Shown: positions 1 to 10,617, counted from the stretch's first letter. The stretch: DNA of 64,000 bases from Rhodospirillales bacterium (GCA_018662225.1 JABJGO010000088.1:42830-106829), one strand, 5' to 3'. Notes: generated by a model from the letters alone, not told the origin. Program-made: numbers and translations.

Positions 1-2
1 GC

Positions 3-422
3 GTGCCCATCGAAGGGCCGCATATCGACGACACCTACTGGATTGATCGCCTGCCGCAGGATTGCGCCGATTCAGGCTTTCCGGAATCGCGCGCCTTTGT
101 ACCCGAACGTTGGTTGGTCAATGAAGATCAGGTCACGGTGGGTAATCTGACGCTGGACGTTTATCACTGCCCCGGTCACACGCCGGGTCATGTGGTGTTT
201 CATGAACCCGAGGCCGATGTGGCCTTTGTGGGCGATGTTTTGTTTCAAGGCTCCATCGGTCGCACGGATTTCCCGCGCGGCAATCATGAAGACCTGCTCA
301 ATGCCATCCGTACCCGTCTGTGGCCGTTGGGTAATGATGTGACGTTTGTTCCCGGTCACGGCCCCACGTCTACATTCGGCCATGAACGCGCCACCAACCC
401 GTATGTGGGCGATCAGATTTAG
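3..422 (+). CDS. MBL-fold metallohydrolase (hydroxyacylglutathione hydrolase-like), C-terminal part; 5' end lies outside the window
   Basis: ORF runs from the window edge. It contains HCPGHTPGH and a later GHG motif typical of glyoxalase II-type MBL hydrolases. Confidence 0.8.
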   Translation: MPIEGPHIDDTYWIDRLPQDCADSGFPESRAFVPERWLVNEDQVTVGNLTLDVYHCPGHTPGHVVFHEPEADVAFVGDVLFQGSIGRTDFPRGNHEDLLNAIRTRLWPLGNDVTFVPGHGPTSTFGHERATNPYVGDQI

Positions 423-487
423 TACTATTTGATCGCATGCATATATATATGCGATGTGGCGATCTTGTCGGAATTTGTAGACAAAAC

Positions 488-504
488 ATATCATCAGATG
501 ATAT
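488..504. promoter_or_regulatory. Perfect 8-1-8 palindrome (ATATCATC-A-GATGATAT) just upstream of the toxin-like ORF; candidate TA operator
   Basis: Read directly from the sequence. It lies 10 nt upstream of the ATG at 514 in an AT-rich stretch with -10-like TATATT. A second AT-alternating palindrome, GCATATATATATGC, is at 439-452. Confidence 0.4.
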
Positions 505-513
505 ATTAAATAT

Positions 514-822
514 ATGTATGATGACAAAAGCATCAGCACACTGCTTGATTTGGATGGTAGTATCATTGAGCAAGCTGGTGGCTTCTGGGTAAAAATAGTA
601 GCGCATCGTGTGGAGCCTGACGAAAACATTCCACATGGCAATGCACATGCCCCGCCGCCGCCTAGGAAGTTCAAGTATGCTGGTGTGAAATTTACATATG
701 ATCACAAACACCGGAGTTCGATAGATAAAGGCGTCACTTACAAGTTCCAGGACGCTTATCAATTAATGTCAGATTTTTTCGCTGACGTTGACAACGTAAT
801 TAAAGAGGCCGCTGGACAATGA
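514..822 (+). CDS. TumE-like (DUF6516-type) toxin of a type II TA pair
   Basis: 102 aa. It overlaps the downstream HTH gene by 4 nt. The C-terminal pattern (YDHKH...YKF...DFFADVD) resembles the TumE family as I recall it. The context is AT-rich. Confidence 0.55.
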   Translation: MYDDKSISTLLDLDGSIIEQAGGFWVKIVAHRVEPDENIPHGNAHAPPPPRKFKYAGVKFTYDHKHRSSIDKGVTYKFQDAYQLMSDFFADVDNVIKEAAGQ

Positions 823-1166
823 AACGAGTAAGTATCGGAATCATGTCGCAAGAAGGAATCCGTAAGCGAGTGCTGGCGATTGCCAAGGGTGATTTAAAGC
901 CAAAACCCGGCGATCCGAAAATTTGGTTCACGTCAATAAAGTCACTTTCTGAGGTCTTGAGTGAGGATAATCGAGCCTTGTTAAAAGAAATGGAACGGTC
1001 AAAACCAAACTCTATCGGTGAGCTCGCCCACTTGACCGGACGCAATCAAAGTAACTTGTCACGAACACTAAAAACCATGAGCAAATATGGCTTGGTGGAA
1101 TTGTCAAAACGGGGGCGCACCGTTCAACCTGTGGCAAAGGCCACCGATTTTAAAATCTATGCATGA
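819..1166 (+). CDS. TumA-like HTH (MarR/winged-helix type) antitoxin or transcriptional regulator
   Basis: 115 aa. The N-terminal part (IAKGDLKPKPGDPKIWFTS..SLSEVLS) and the HTH (IGELAHLTGRNQSNLSRTLKTMSKYGLV) match the partner family of TumE-like toxins. The gene is translationally coupled by an ATGA overlap. Confidence 0.65.
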   Translation: MKRVSIGIMSQEGIRKRVLAIAKGDLKPKPGDPKIWFTSIKSLSEVLSEDNRALLKEMERSKPNSIGELAHLTGRNQSNLSRTLKTMSKYGLVELSKRGRTVQPVAKATDFKIYA

Positions 1167-1232
1167 CCAAATTTAGGGCAGCAAGATCGATCCGACCGGT
1201 GGTCTATCTTTGGTGGAAATGAATACAGCAGG

Positions 1233-3686
1233 CTAGCTACGCATGCGTGAGCCGTCCGGGTCCACGCGCGGGATCATGGTCATCATAGCCGGGCGTTCAT
1301 CGCCCAGAATCTCCACCGTACAGGCTGATCCTTCGCTAAAGGCAGTTGGATCGATATAAGCCAGTGCAAGGCTCTCACCAACCGTGTGACCATAGCCGCC
1401 CGATGATACATAGCCGATAAATTTTCCATCCACGAAGACGGCTTCGCCGCCAACGCAATCATAATTATCGGCGTCCACCACCAGCGTCACACGCTGAACA
1501 GACGGCCCGGCTTCTTTTGCAGCAAGCGCCGCATCACGACCAATAAAGTCGCCTTTGTCCAGCTTCAACCAGCGTTCCATACCGCATTCAAACGGCGTGT
1601 AGTCCGGCGACAAATCCGTGCCCCATGTAGGGAATGATTTCTCCAGCCTGAGCGACATGAGCGCCCGACCACCGGCCAGCCTCAGCCCAAGGTCAGCACC
1701 AGCCGTCATCAGCGTCTCAAACAGCGTGCGCTGATATTCCATGGGACAGTATATCTCGTATCCCAACTCGCCCGTGAACGACACGCGGAAGGCAATGGAA
1801 TCGGGCACGTTACCAATCTTCATGGATTGGGCGCTGAGGAATGGAAATGCATTGCCGCTTACATCTTCTTCGGCAACCTTGGCGAGGATCGTGCGGGCAT
1901 TCGGTCCGGCCAACATTAACCCGGCCCAGTTCAAGGACAGGTTTTCCATCTCCACGTCTTTGCTGACGAAGTCACTTTCGTCCAGCATGGTCTCGAAATG
2001 GCGCATGTGATAGCGCTGCATGCCACCGGCGCCCAGTAACATAAAGCCGGTTTCGTCCAGTTTAGTGACGGTGAAGTCACCGATAATCCGGCCCGCGGGG
2101 CTGAGCATAGGCGACAGGCGCGAGCGTCCGATTTCTGTGGGGACTCTGTTTGCTAACAGATAGTTCAGCCAGTCTTCGGCATCCTCACCCATAACCAGAT
2201 ACTTGGCGAAGGTGGAAACCTCGAATAATCCGGCCCCATCACGCACGGCGCGACATTCTTCGCCCACCGCGTCATGCCAGTTACCGCGCTTATAGCCGTA
2301 AATATCGTGCTGTTCGTCCTGCTCGCGGGCGTACCACAATGGTGATTCCCAACCAAAGCTCTCACCGAATACACCGCCCGCCGCCAATTGTTTGTCATAG
2401 ACGGGGAAGGTTCGCACCGGGCGACCAGCCGGGAAATGCTGTTCCGGATAAATCCGTGATGAGCGATTCTCATAGAAATACCGGGTCCGTTCGCGAGCAT
2501 AAGCCGCCCCCACGTGATCGCCGAAGCGGGCCACATCCCAGCCAAAGATATCCAAACTGGGTTCACCATCAATGATCCAGTGTGCCAATTCGCGGCCAAT
2601 GCCGCCGCCCTGATTAAACCCGGTCATCACACCGTTGGCGCAGAAGTAATCTTTCATGCCGGGGTAGGGTCCGAGCAAGGGGCCCAGATCAGGTGAGAAA
2701 ATCATAGGGCCGTTGATCACGGTCTTAATACCCGATGTTTCCAGCACAGGGAAAATCTCACAGCCGCGCTCGAAGTTCCATTCCATACGGGAAAGATCGT
2801 CTTCCAGCAATTCGTGATCGAAATCCAGCGGGGTGCCGTCCACGGCCCAATGGACGCATTTACTTTCGTACGCGCCCAGCAACAGGCCCTGGCCTTCCTG
2901 CCTGAAATACAAACCCGATTCCGCATCCGATATATTGGGGAAGCGTTTATCCATGGCTTCGATTTCAGGAATGCTTTCCGTCACCAGATAATGGTGTTCC
3001 ACCGGCATCAGCGGCAGCTGTATACCCGCCATGGCAGCAACTTCACGGCCCCACAGACCAGCGGCGTTGACCAGAACCTCACACTCGATGGTGCCGTTCT
3101 GGGTGACCACTTCCCACCCGCCTTGTGGCAGTGGGTTGGTCTCCATGACTTCGGTATGACGGTAAACTTTGGCCCCCATATTGCGCGCGGCCTTGGCATA
3201 GGCCTGCGTGGCGCTGGCTGGATCAACCTGCCCCTTCATGGGCTCATACATCACCGCATGCAGGGGATCGGTGTTCAGCAAGGGTGCATGTTTTTTGGCT
3301 TCGTCGAATGAGATAAATTCGGCTTCGATGCCTAAACGCTTGCCTCGACTGCGGGCCATTTTCATGGACGTATACTGATCTTCGGTACGGGCCACGCTGA
3401 GGCCACCGGCGGCAATGAAGCCACAATCCTGACCGCTTTCTTCCGTCAGCTTGTCATATAGCTCAAAGGTGTACTTTTGCAGAACCGATACGTTGTTGGG
3501 CGCAGTCAGAACGAACAGGTTGCCCGCCGCATGCCAACTGGACCCGGACGTGAGTTCTCGGCGCTCTAACAGAACGCAGTCAGTCCATCCCATTGAGGCT
3601 AAGTGGTACAGGATACTGCACCCGGTTACACCGCCGCCGATAACGACGACCTGGGTATGTGTTTTCATGGGTTCTGTGTCAGCCAT
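1233..3686 (-). CDS. FAD-dependent oxidoreductase fused to a GcvT-type folate-binding aminomethyltransferase domain (dimethylglycine/sarcosine dehydrogenase family)
   Basis: N-terminal dinucleotide-binding motif VVVIGGGVTGCS and a C-terminal GcvT-like region. Start chosen at MADTEP (ATG 3686), which is preceded by AAGGAGAG. The ORF-track start at 3740 lacks an RBS. Confidence 0.85.
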   Translation of the reverse strand: MADTEPMKTHTQVVVIGGGVTGCSILYHLASMGWTDCVLLERRELTSGSSWHAAGNLFVLTAPNNVSVLQKYTFELYDKLTEESGQDCGFIAAGGLSVARTEDQYTSMKMARSRGKRLGIEAEFISFDEAKKHAPLLNTDPLHAVMYEPMKGQVDPASATQAYAKAARNMGAKVYRHTEVMETNPLPQGGWEVVTQNGTIECEVLVNAAGLWGREVAAMAGIQLPLMPVEHHYLVTESIPEIEAMDKRFPNISDAESGLYFRQEGQGLLLGAYESKCVHWAVDGTPLDFDHELLEDDLSRMEWNFERGCEIFPVLETSGIKTVINGPMIFSPDLGPLLGPYPGMKDYFCANGVMTGFNQGGGIGRELAHWIIDGEPSLDIFGWDVARFGDHVGAAYARERTRYFYENRSSRIYPEQHFPAGRPVRTFPVYDKQLAAGGVFGESFGWESPLWYAREQDEQHDIYGYKRGNWHDAVGEECRAVRDGAGLFEVSTFAKYLVMGEDAEDWLNYLLANRVPTEIGRSRLSPMLSPAGRIIGDFTVTKLDETGFMLLGAGGMQRYHMRHFETMLDESDFVSKDVEMENLSLNWAGLMLAGPNARTILAKVAEEDVSGNAFPFLSAQSMKIGNVPDSIAFRVSFTGELGYEIYCPMEYQRTLFETLMTAGADLGLRLAGGRALMSLRLEKSFPTWGTDLSPDYTPFECGMERWLKLDKGDFIGRDAALAAKEAGPSVQRVTLVVDADNYDCVGGEAVFVDGKFIGYVSSGGYGHTVGESLALAYIDPTAFSEGSACTVEILGDERPAMMTMIPRVDPDGSRMRS

Positions 3687-3806
3687 GGGGACTCTCCTTC
3701 GGTTTCGCCTAATCGAGCACACGACCGTACGAATGTGCAAACGAAACCTATAATCGTCTGCTCAAATAGCGTTTGCTGGTACAGTAGATAGTAGGTACTA
3801 GAAGGC

Positions 3807-5141
3807 ATGACAAAAAACACTGATCAACATATCGCCCCGCGCGTGGGCATTATCAGCCTTGGTTGCCCCAAGGCGCTGGTGGATTCTGAACGGATCATCA
3901 CCAAATTACGCTCGGAAGGTTATGACCTGGTCGGAACTTACGAAGAATCCGACGTGGTTGTGGTCAATACCTGTGGTTTTCTGGACTCGGCCAAGGCCGA
4001 AAGCCTTGAGGCCATTGGTGAAGCAATCAAAGAAAACGGCAAAGTCATCGTCACCGGCTGTATGGGCGGCGACGAAAGCGCCATCCTCGATGTACATCCA
4101 GCGGTGCTAGCCGTATCCGGCCCGCAACAATACGAAGCCGTGATTGAGGCCGTACATGACGTGGTGCCACCCCTGCATGATCCGTTTATGGATTTGGTCC
4201 CCGAAGAGGGCCTGCACCTGACCCCCCGGCATTATGCGTACCTCAAGATATCCGAAGGCTGTCACAACAAGTGTACGTTCTGCATCATCCCCGACATTCG
4301 GGGCGATCTGGTCAGCCGACAGTCTAATGATGTGCTGTATGAGGCCGAACGCCTTGTACGGGCGGGTGTTGAAGAACTCCTGATCATCTCACAGGATACC
4401 AGCGCCTATGGTCAGGATATCAAGTATGCGGAAAGCAAATGGCATGACCAAATGGTTGCCGCCCGCATGGTGGATATGGTCGATGCCATGAGCTCGCTTG
4501 GTGCCTGGATCCGGTTGCATTACGTGTATCCCTATCCCAGCGTGGACAAGGTGATCCCGTTGATGGCCGAAGGCAAGGTCCTGCCTTATCTGGATATCCC
4601 GTTTCAGCACGCCAGCCCTGACGTTTTGAAAGCGATGCGCAGACCAGCGCACGGTGAGAAAACACTGGACCGGCTAGCCGCATGGCGACGGGACTGTCCG
4701 GACCTGACTATCCGGTCAACCTTCATCGTAGGCTTCCCCGGTGAGACCGAAGAAGATTTCGAATTGCTGCTGGATTGGCTGGATGAAGCCCAGATCGACC
4801 GCGTGGGTTGCTTTAAATATGAAGCCGTTGATGGTGCGATCGCCAATGAATTACCAGGCGTGGTGGACGAAGACGAGAAATCCGATCGCTGGGAACAGGT
4901 CATGGAACTGCAACGGCAAATTAGCGAAAGCAGGCTGGCCACCAAAGTAGGTCAGACCATGGACGTGATTATTGATGAGCTGGATTCCGAAGGTGCCATC
5001 GGGCGCACCAAAGGTGATGCGCCCGACGTAGATGGGTCCGTCTTTTTGGACGGTGATTTCGATGTTGAGCCCGGCGATATCGTCAAGGCCACGATTATCG
5101 AGGCCGACGAGTTCGATCTGTGGGCCACACGTAAAGACTAG
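3807..5141 (+). CDS. rimO: Ribosomal protein S12 methylthiotransferase RimO (radical SAM)
   Basis: Has an MTTase N-domain ([15 protein letters not shown]), a radical SAM motif ([11 protein letters not shown]) and a C-terminal TRAM domain. Length is 444 aa. Confidence 0.9.
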   Translation: MTKNTDQHIAPRVGIISLGCPKALVDSERIITKLRSEGYDLVGTYEESDVVVVNTCGFLDSAKAESLEAIGEAIKENGKVIVTGCMGGDESAILDVHPAVLAVSGPQQYEAVIEAVHDVVPPLHDPFMDLVPEEGLHLTPRHYAYLKISEGCHNKCTFCIIPDIRGDLVSRQSNDVLYEAERLVRAGVEELLIISQDTSAYGQDIKYAESKWHDQMVAARMVDMVDAMSSLGAWIRLHYVYPYPSVDKVIPLMAEGKVLPYLDIPFQHASPDVLKAMRRPAHGEKTLDRLAAWRRDCPDLTIRSTFIVGFPGETEEDFELLLDWLDEAQIDRVGCFKYEAVDGAIANELPGVVDEDEKSDRWEQVMELQRQISESRLATKVGQTMDVIIDELDSEGAIGRTKGDAPDVDGSVFLDGDFDVEPGDIVKATIIEADEFDLWATRKD

Positions 5142-5146
5142 TCAGC

Positions 5147-5806
5147 CTATAAGTGCTCAGCCAGGAATGCCAGTGTACGGTCCCATGACAGGGCCGCCGC
5201 ATCTGCGTTGTAGGCAGGCGACACTTCGTTAAAGAACGCATGTTCGCCTTCATAACTATAGACCTCTTGCACAACGCCTGAGGGCTTCAGCGCAACTTCC
5301 AACGCAGCGACGGCTTCCGGCGTACACCAATCATCCTGCGTGGCAAAATGCCCCTGAAACGGTACCTTCATGGCCGATGGGTCAGCGACCTCTAGCGGCG
5401 GAATGCCGTAATAACACACCGCCACATCGCATTCCGGTACATGCACACCGGCGATCACCGTCAACGCGCCACCCATGCAATAGCCCATGACACCGGCCTT
5501 ACCGCCATCCTGTTTGAGAAATTGCAGTGCGCCACGCACGTCTTCGTTGGCGGCACCAGCCCAATCCAGCCCCGTCATCATATGGTTGGCCTCGTCCGGG
5601 TCCTGGGTTACCCGGCCCGCATATAAATCGGGTGATAACGCTGTATAGCCAGCCGCCGCAACTCGATCAGCAACACCCTTGATTTGATCGTTCAGCCCCC
5701 ACCATTCCTGCAAAACCACCATGGACCCTTTTGGGTTTTCAGCTGTGGCCAGGTAACCGGTCGATGAGCCACCACCCGGTCTCGAAAACGAAATCATATT
5801 GCCCAT
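5147..5806 (-). CDS. Dienelactone hydrolase family protein
   Basis: 219 aa alpha/beta hydrolase with a GYCMGG nucleophile motif and overall DLH-like layout. Confidence 0.8.
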   Translation of the reverse strand: MGNMISFSRPGGGSSTGYLATAENPKGSMVVLQEWWGLNDQIKGVADRVAAAGYTALSPDLYAGRVTQDPDEANHMMTGLDWAGAANEDVRGALQFLKQDGGKAGVMGYCMGGALTVIAGVHVPECDVAVCYYGIPPLEVADPSAMKVPFQGHFATQDDWCTPEAVAALEVALKPSGVVQEVYSYEGEHAFFNEVSPAYNADAAALSWDRTLAFLAEHL

Positions 5807-5849
5807 AACAGCCTCTCCTACAGGTTAATCGAATGATGTGTGTGATGCC

Positions 5850-7895
5850 TTAATCCTGAGACGGAAACACAATCGTTACCGTTGTGCCAACACCAATCTC
5901 ACTTTCCAGCGCCAACGAACCGCCGTGCAACCGCATAAGTTTATGACTTAGCGGTAGTCCAAGTCCCGTACCCTCGTGCGTGGTTGAAATACTCTGTCGG
6001 GCCTGGCCAAACGGCTCGAGCACCTTTGCCATATCATCAAGCGCAATACCGACACCTGTGTCTGCGATCCGGATGGCCACACTATCATCGGCATTTTTAT
6101 TATAGCTGATCACAATTTTTCCATCAGCGGGCGTAAACTTGCTGGCGTTGGATAACAGGTTCAGAAGAACCTGCCTGAAAATTCGAATATCAGCATATAG
6201 ATTAATATCATTGTCCGAAGGTTCCACATGGATTCGGCCCATCTGGTTCATATCTTGTGCGCTGACCAGCGTGATGCATTCGGTGATTGTGCGACGTAGC
6301 GGAAATTCCGTTTGGGAAACATCGATCTCACCAGCCTCGACCTTGGACAGATCAAGAATATCGTTGATCAACGAGAGAAGATGCAAACCGGAGTCATAAA
6401 TATCACCCGCGTACTCCCGGTATTTTGGACCACCAAGCGGACCAAAGGTTTCATTCATCATCATCTGGACAAAACCTGTGATCGCATTTAGCGGCGTCCG
6501 TAACTCGTGGCTCATATGCGCGAGAAATTCTGATTTGGCACGATTGGCCGCTTCGGCTTCCTCTTTTGCCATTCGCAGCGCCTGCTTGGATGCATTCTTC
6601 TCGGTAATATCCTCCATGGAATAGATCAACCGCGACCAGTCATGCCTGTATGACGGCGGAATAATGCCGCGTGTACGGGCCAAGAATTTACTACCCGCCA
6701 CATTCTTATCCATCATCTCCAGATCGAACGTCCAGATTCCCTTGATTAAACCAAGCAGGACTTCAATGAAGGCATCTATTTCCTCAGGTAATATCGAATC
6801 ACCTTGGGTGATCTCCTTGTATTCAATGGTATTCGCAGCACCATAGAGCTTCAGGCTGGCCTTACTGGTCTGCAGTACTGTCGCAGCATTGTATGCATCC
6901 ACAGCCCAATCCCGATGCGCGGCGATGTATGCGGCAAAATCCGTTACGCCATCGTCAGCAAGTTGGTCAACCATCTGCTTAATTGGTGACCAGTCCTCTA
7001 CACACAGGGTGGCGGGTGCCTCGTCAAAAATTTCCTGATAGTGGGCTTCACTGACAGCCAACGCATCTTCGGCAATCCTGTATCTGGAGATATCCTGCAA
7101 GGTTCCACGGGTACAAATCACCACACCATTGTCATCAAATACCGGCTCGCCAAATCCCCGCACGTGGCAGATATCACCGTCACAGGTGACAATTCTGTAT
7201 TCAATATCGAAGCCCGGCTCGCCCATGACCGTGTTGGCATAGCGGTCTTGGTCTTCCGGGTGAACCCAACCTACGTCGAGCTTAAAGGAGTCTGTCGCTT
7301 CAATACAATCTTTGACCGTTATTCCAAAAATTCGGGCGTATTCCTCGGAGCATGAAATAAGTCGATCATCAACTTTGTCCCACAACCAATGCCCCACATT
7401 GCCCATGCGTTCCGCCTGCTGGAAGTTCTCCAGTTGCTCTTTCAATTCATCCACGGCTCGCTGGCGATCAGTAATATCTGTGTAGGTAGAGGCATGCCCC
7501 CCGCCCGCCAATGCGTTCCGCTGAACATGAATAAGTCGGCCACCGAGCATTCTAAAGTCATCTTCAGACTCCGGTCCGGCCTGGCGAACACGATCAAGCT
7601 CGGTTTGCGCCAACGTAGCCGCATCGCCATCACCAAGCCCGCCCTTTTTCGCGATGTGACGCAACAGATCAATCATCGGCATGCCGGGTTGAAGAATCGC
7701 CTCTGGCTTATACCAGAATTCCACACACTCGTGGCTCCAGCAAACCAGGTTCTGCTCATGATCCCAAACGGCAACCCCCTGAGATCCAGAAGAGTACAAG
7801 TCGTCAGGAAGATCGGCGTGGCCTATCCGTAGTGCCTTTTTTGTTTCAGCATCACCGGTCTGCTCAGGCGTAGATTTTTTTGACATAGGCACCAT
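5850..7895 (-). CDS. Cytoplasmic multi-PAS sensor histidine kinase
   Basis: H-box HMSHELRTPLNAI, N-box LLNLLSNASKF, G-boxes DTGVGI and GTGLGLPLS. PAS-like repeats lie upstream. No obvious TM segments and no adjacent response regulator. Confidence 0.85.
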   Translation of the reverse strand: MVPMSKKSTPEQTGDAETKKALRIGHADLPDDLYSSGSQGVAVWDHEQNLVCWSHECVEFWYKPEAILQPGMPMIDLLRHIAKKGGLGDGDAATLAQTELDRVRQAGPESEDDFRMLGGRLIHVQRNALAGGGHASTYTDITDRQRAVDELKEQLENFQQAERMGNVGHWLWDKVDDRLISCSEEYARIFGITVKDCIEATDSFKLDVGWVHPEDQDRYANTVMGEPGFDIEYRIVTCDGDICHVRGFGEPVFDDNGVVICTRGTLQDISRYRIAEDALAVSEAHYQEIFDEAPATLCVEDWSPIKQMVDQLADDGVTDFAAYIAAHRDWAVDAYNAATVLQTSKASLKLYGAANTIEYKEITQGDSILPEEIDAFIEVLLGLIKGIWTFDLEMMDKNVAGSKFLARTRGIIPPSYRHDWSRLIYSMEDITEKNASKQALRMAKEEAEAANRAKSEFLAHMSHELRTPLNAITGFVQMMMNETFGPLGGPKYREYAGDIYDSGLHLLSLINDILDLSKVEAGEIDVSQTEFPLRRTITECITLVSAQDMNQMGRIHVEPSDNDINLYADIRIFRQVLLNLLSNASKFTPADGKIVISYNKNADDSVAIRIADTGVGIALDDMAKVLEPFGQARQSISTTHEGTGLGLPLSHKLMRLHGGSLALESEIGVGTTVTIVFPSQD

Positions 7896-7973
7896 AGGAA
7901 TGAGGATTGCTGTGTGTCTGCGCCAGGGTCAGCGATCACTGGTCACTCTTACCTACAGTTGTATACACAATAA

Positions 7974-8849
7974 CTAGTGCGCCATCAACACGGGCATGCG
8001 GCCATCATTGATAATCTCATCCGTCACACCACCCAGCACGAACTCTCTCAGGCGAGAGTGGCTATACGCCCCCATGACCAATAGTTGCGCATCGGTTTTT
8101 GCGGCTTCATCCTGAAGCCGTTGAGTTAGATTGACGTCATTCAGGGCAAACATGCTCGGACGGGCGTTAATACCGTGCCATTTTAGAGAATCTGCAAACG
8201 CGGTCACATCTTCCGGCTTCACATCATCGCTAGTGGCCGCAATCACGGATACAATTTCTGCTGATTCCAGCAAAGGCATGGCCAGCGACACGGCGCGGGC
8301 GGACTCCCGTGACCCATTCCAGGCAATGGCGATGGATTTGATCGCCTCCGGCTTTGAATCGCCGGGCACCAGCACAACAGGCTTGCCAGTTTCCATCAAT
8401 GCGGCCTGAATCAGAGAAGCTTCGTCAGCCGTTGCATCGTCGCTAGCGCGGGCCAGACAGATCATATCCACCATGCGCCCCGCCTCGGCCAAGTTGGTGA
8501 ACAGATCGCCAATAACCTCGCTATAAGAGACCGTCGTATCTGCATCATGGTCGGATGCCGGATTATCCACCTCAACAACGCCTGAGTCAGCGCACCATGC
8601 ATCGTAGCTGGCACGGGCGGTAGTGCGGTCATGGTTAATTTGCTGTTTGGCCGATTCAACCAACGAATCAACAACACCCATACTCAGCTCATAGCCCACA
8701 TGCGGGACTAACACATCCTGCGGATTCCGGTGTAAAAACAAGACCTGAATATGCGCACGTGACATACGCGCAATGGCTAAAGCCGCGCCCAGCACAGATA
8801 TATCGCAATTGCTGCCCGTTACGGGGGCCAGAACTGTTTTGATAGACAT
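7974..8849 (-). CDS. Universal stress protein (tandem USP domains)
   Basis: Two USP-like halves ending in GAYSHSRLREFVLGGVT. Start set at MSIKT (ATG 8849), preceded by AAGGAG. Confidence 0.75.
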   Translation of the reverse strand: MSIKTVLAPVTGSNCDISVLGAALAIARMSRAHIQVLFLHRNPQDVLVPHVGYELSMGVVDSLVESAKQQINHDRTTARASYDAWCADSGVVEVDNPASDHDADTTVSYSEVIGDLFTNLAEAGRMVDMICLARASDDATADEASLIQAALMETGKPVVLVPGDSKPEAIKSIAIAWNGSRESARAVSLAMPLLESAEIVSVIAATSDDVKPEDVTAFADSLKWHGINARPSMFALNDVNLTQRLQDEAAKTDAQLLVMGAYSHSRLREFVLGGVTDEIINDGRMPVLMAH

Positions 8850-8986
8850 GATCATCTCCTTTTTGATCAAGTAACAATAGAGGTAGTCTAGCACCGGTCC
8901 CAAATCACGACCTTGAGGAAGATCAAGTACATCTATAAGTTCTGATTGTAGGTTGAGATAACGAGCCTACCGGAGAGCCGTGATCT

Positions 8987-10198
8987 ATGCCTGAGAAGCC
9001 TGAATTAAAGCGCAGCCTGTCGTTGCCCATGCTGGCGCTATACGGTCTGGGCACGACCATTGGTGCGGGCATATATTCCCTGATTGGTGAAGTGACGAAC
9101 ATAGCGGGCATGCAGGCACCCGCTGCGTTCCTGATGGCCGCAATCATGGCAAGCCTGACGGCCTTTAGCTTCGCCGAACTTGCCAGCCGATTCCCGCGCA
9201 GCGCGGGCGAGGCCTTTTACATACAAAAAGCATTTGAGCTCAAGTGGCTGTCTCTGGTCATTGGCCTGATGGTGGTGTTTGCAGGCGTGGTCTCGGCGGC
9301 CGCGATCGCAAATGCATTTGTGGGATACCTGCATGAATTTCTGGATGTGTCGCGGGTGACGGCGATTATTCTTATTATTGGCCTGTTGGGTATTGTCGCC
9401 GCATGGGGGATTAGCGAGTCCGTGATCGCCGCGGGTGTTGTTACCATCATCGAAATTGGCGGCCTGTGCATGGTGATCTGGGCCGGCGGCGATGAACTCA
9501 CGCGATTACCCGAGGTACTGCCCCAGATGGTGCCAAGTCTGGAATGGGGATCGCTCTCAGTCGTTATGGCGGGGGCCGTTCTGGCGTTTTTCGCCTTCAT
9601 CGGGTTTGAGGATCTGGTGAATGTGGCTGAAGAAACCAAAAACCCGGCGAAGGTTTTGCCAATGGCCATCGTCATCACACTGGTTGTGACCACCGTGATC
9701 TATGTTCTGATCAGTGTGATCGCGGTGCTTGCGGTGCCGCTCGATCAACTTACGTCTCACGAAGCCCCATTGGTCCTGATCTATGAAAGCAAGACCGGGC
9801 AATCGGCTTATATCCTCAGTATGATCGGTATAATCGCTGTGCTGAATGGCGCGCTGATTCAGATTATTATGGCTTCGCGCGTCCTGTATGGATTGGCATC
9901 GCAACGCATGTTACCCGGCATCCTGGCCACCGTGAATGCCCGCACACGGACGCCCGTGTATGCAACCGGCATGGTCGTCGGTGTGGTGTTGGTCCTGGCG
10001 CTGGGGTTCGGACTGGCTGGACTAGCCCAGACCACATCACTGATCACGCTGGCTATCTTCGCGTTGGTAAATGGTGCGCTGATCCGCATCCGGTTACGCG
10101 ACGGCAGGTCATTTAAGACCGTGAGTTATCCGCTGGCGGTACCCATACTGGGATTACTGGTCAGCCTTGGGTTTCTCGCCATCGGTATATTTGGCTAG
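8987..10198 (+). CDS. APC-family amino acid permease
   Basis: 403 aa, about 12 hydrophobic segments, N-terminal LYGLGTTIGAGIY signature. Confidence 0.8.
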   Translation: MPEKPELKRSLSLPMLALYGLGTTIGAGIYSLIGEVTNIAGMQAPAAFLMAAIMASLTAFSFAELASRFPRSAGEAFYIQKAFELKWLSLVIGLMVVFAGVVSAAAIANAFVGYLHEFLDVSRVTAIILIIGLLGIVAAWGISESVIAAGVVTIIEIGGLCMVIWAGGDELTRLPEVLPQMVPSLEWGSLSVVMAGAVLAFFAFIGFEDLVNVAEETKNPAKVLPMAIVITLVVTTVIYVLISVIAVLAVPLDQLTSHEAPLVLIYESKTGQSAYILSMIGIIAVLNGALIQIIMASRVLYGLASQRMLPGILATVNARTRTPVYATGMVVGVVLVLALGFGLAGLAQTTSLITLAIFALVNGALIRIRLRDGRSFKTVSYPLAVPILGLLVSLGFLAIGIFG

Positions 10199-10515
10199 GT
10201 CGCGCAGTCCATACAGTGTGCGGCAATAGGTAGCGCTTCCAGCCGCTTTTCATCAATAGCCGATTTGCACAGGGTACATTGCCCATAGGTGCCAACATCC
10301 ATGCGCGCCAACGCGGCTTTGATTTGCGCAATTTCTTCAAGGGCGGCGAGGCCGATATCTTCAAGGACTTCGTCGTCTTCGTTCTCCGTAGCGCGCTCTT
10401 CCGAATCGGCGCTATCGGGTTCGCGAAGTGAGCTATCGATTTCCTTCGCTTTTTGGCTAAGTTCCTCGAGCCGAGCCGTCAGGCCAGACCGGACGTCATC
10501 AATGTTAATCATCAC
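10195..10515 (-). CDS. DksA/TraR-family C4 zinc-finger protein
   Basis: 106 aa with an acidic coiled-coil N-terminus and a C-terminal CTLC...HCMDC four-Cys finger. It is convergent with the permease and overlaps it by 4 nt. Confidence 0.75.
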   Translation of the reverse strand: MMINIDDVRSGLTARLEELSQKAKEIDSSLREPDSADSEERATENEDDEVLEDIGLAALEEIAQIKAALARMDVGTYGQCTLCKSAIDEKRLEALPIAAHCMDCAT

Positions 10516-10617
10516 GAATCCCTAACGTATTGTTGGTATTCATGAAATCATACGATTGATGCGCCTGCCCGTCCTTGAGTTAAGTCAAGGCATTGTGGTT
10601 GAGCCCTGGGAACAGGC

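Noticed and set aside
72-674. 200-aa minus-strand ORF overlapping the MBL hydrolase gene. Similar long antisense ORFs include 2814-3311 (+), 9217-9693 (-), 39830-40459 (+), 44683-45180 (+), 48129-48770 (-), 52777-53265 (-), 53680-54156 (-) and 61032-61571 (-).
   Set aside because: All lie antisense to, or out of frame within, strongly supported genes. Their compositions are low-complexity or Arg/Ser/Pro-rich, as is typical of shadow ORFs in GC-moderate DNA, and they carry no recognisable motifs.
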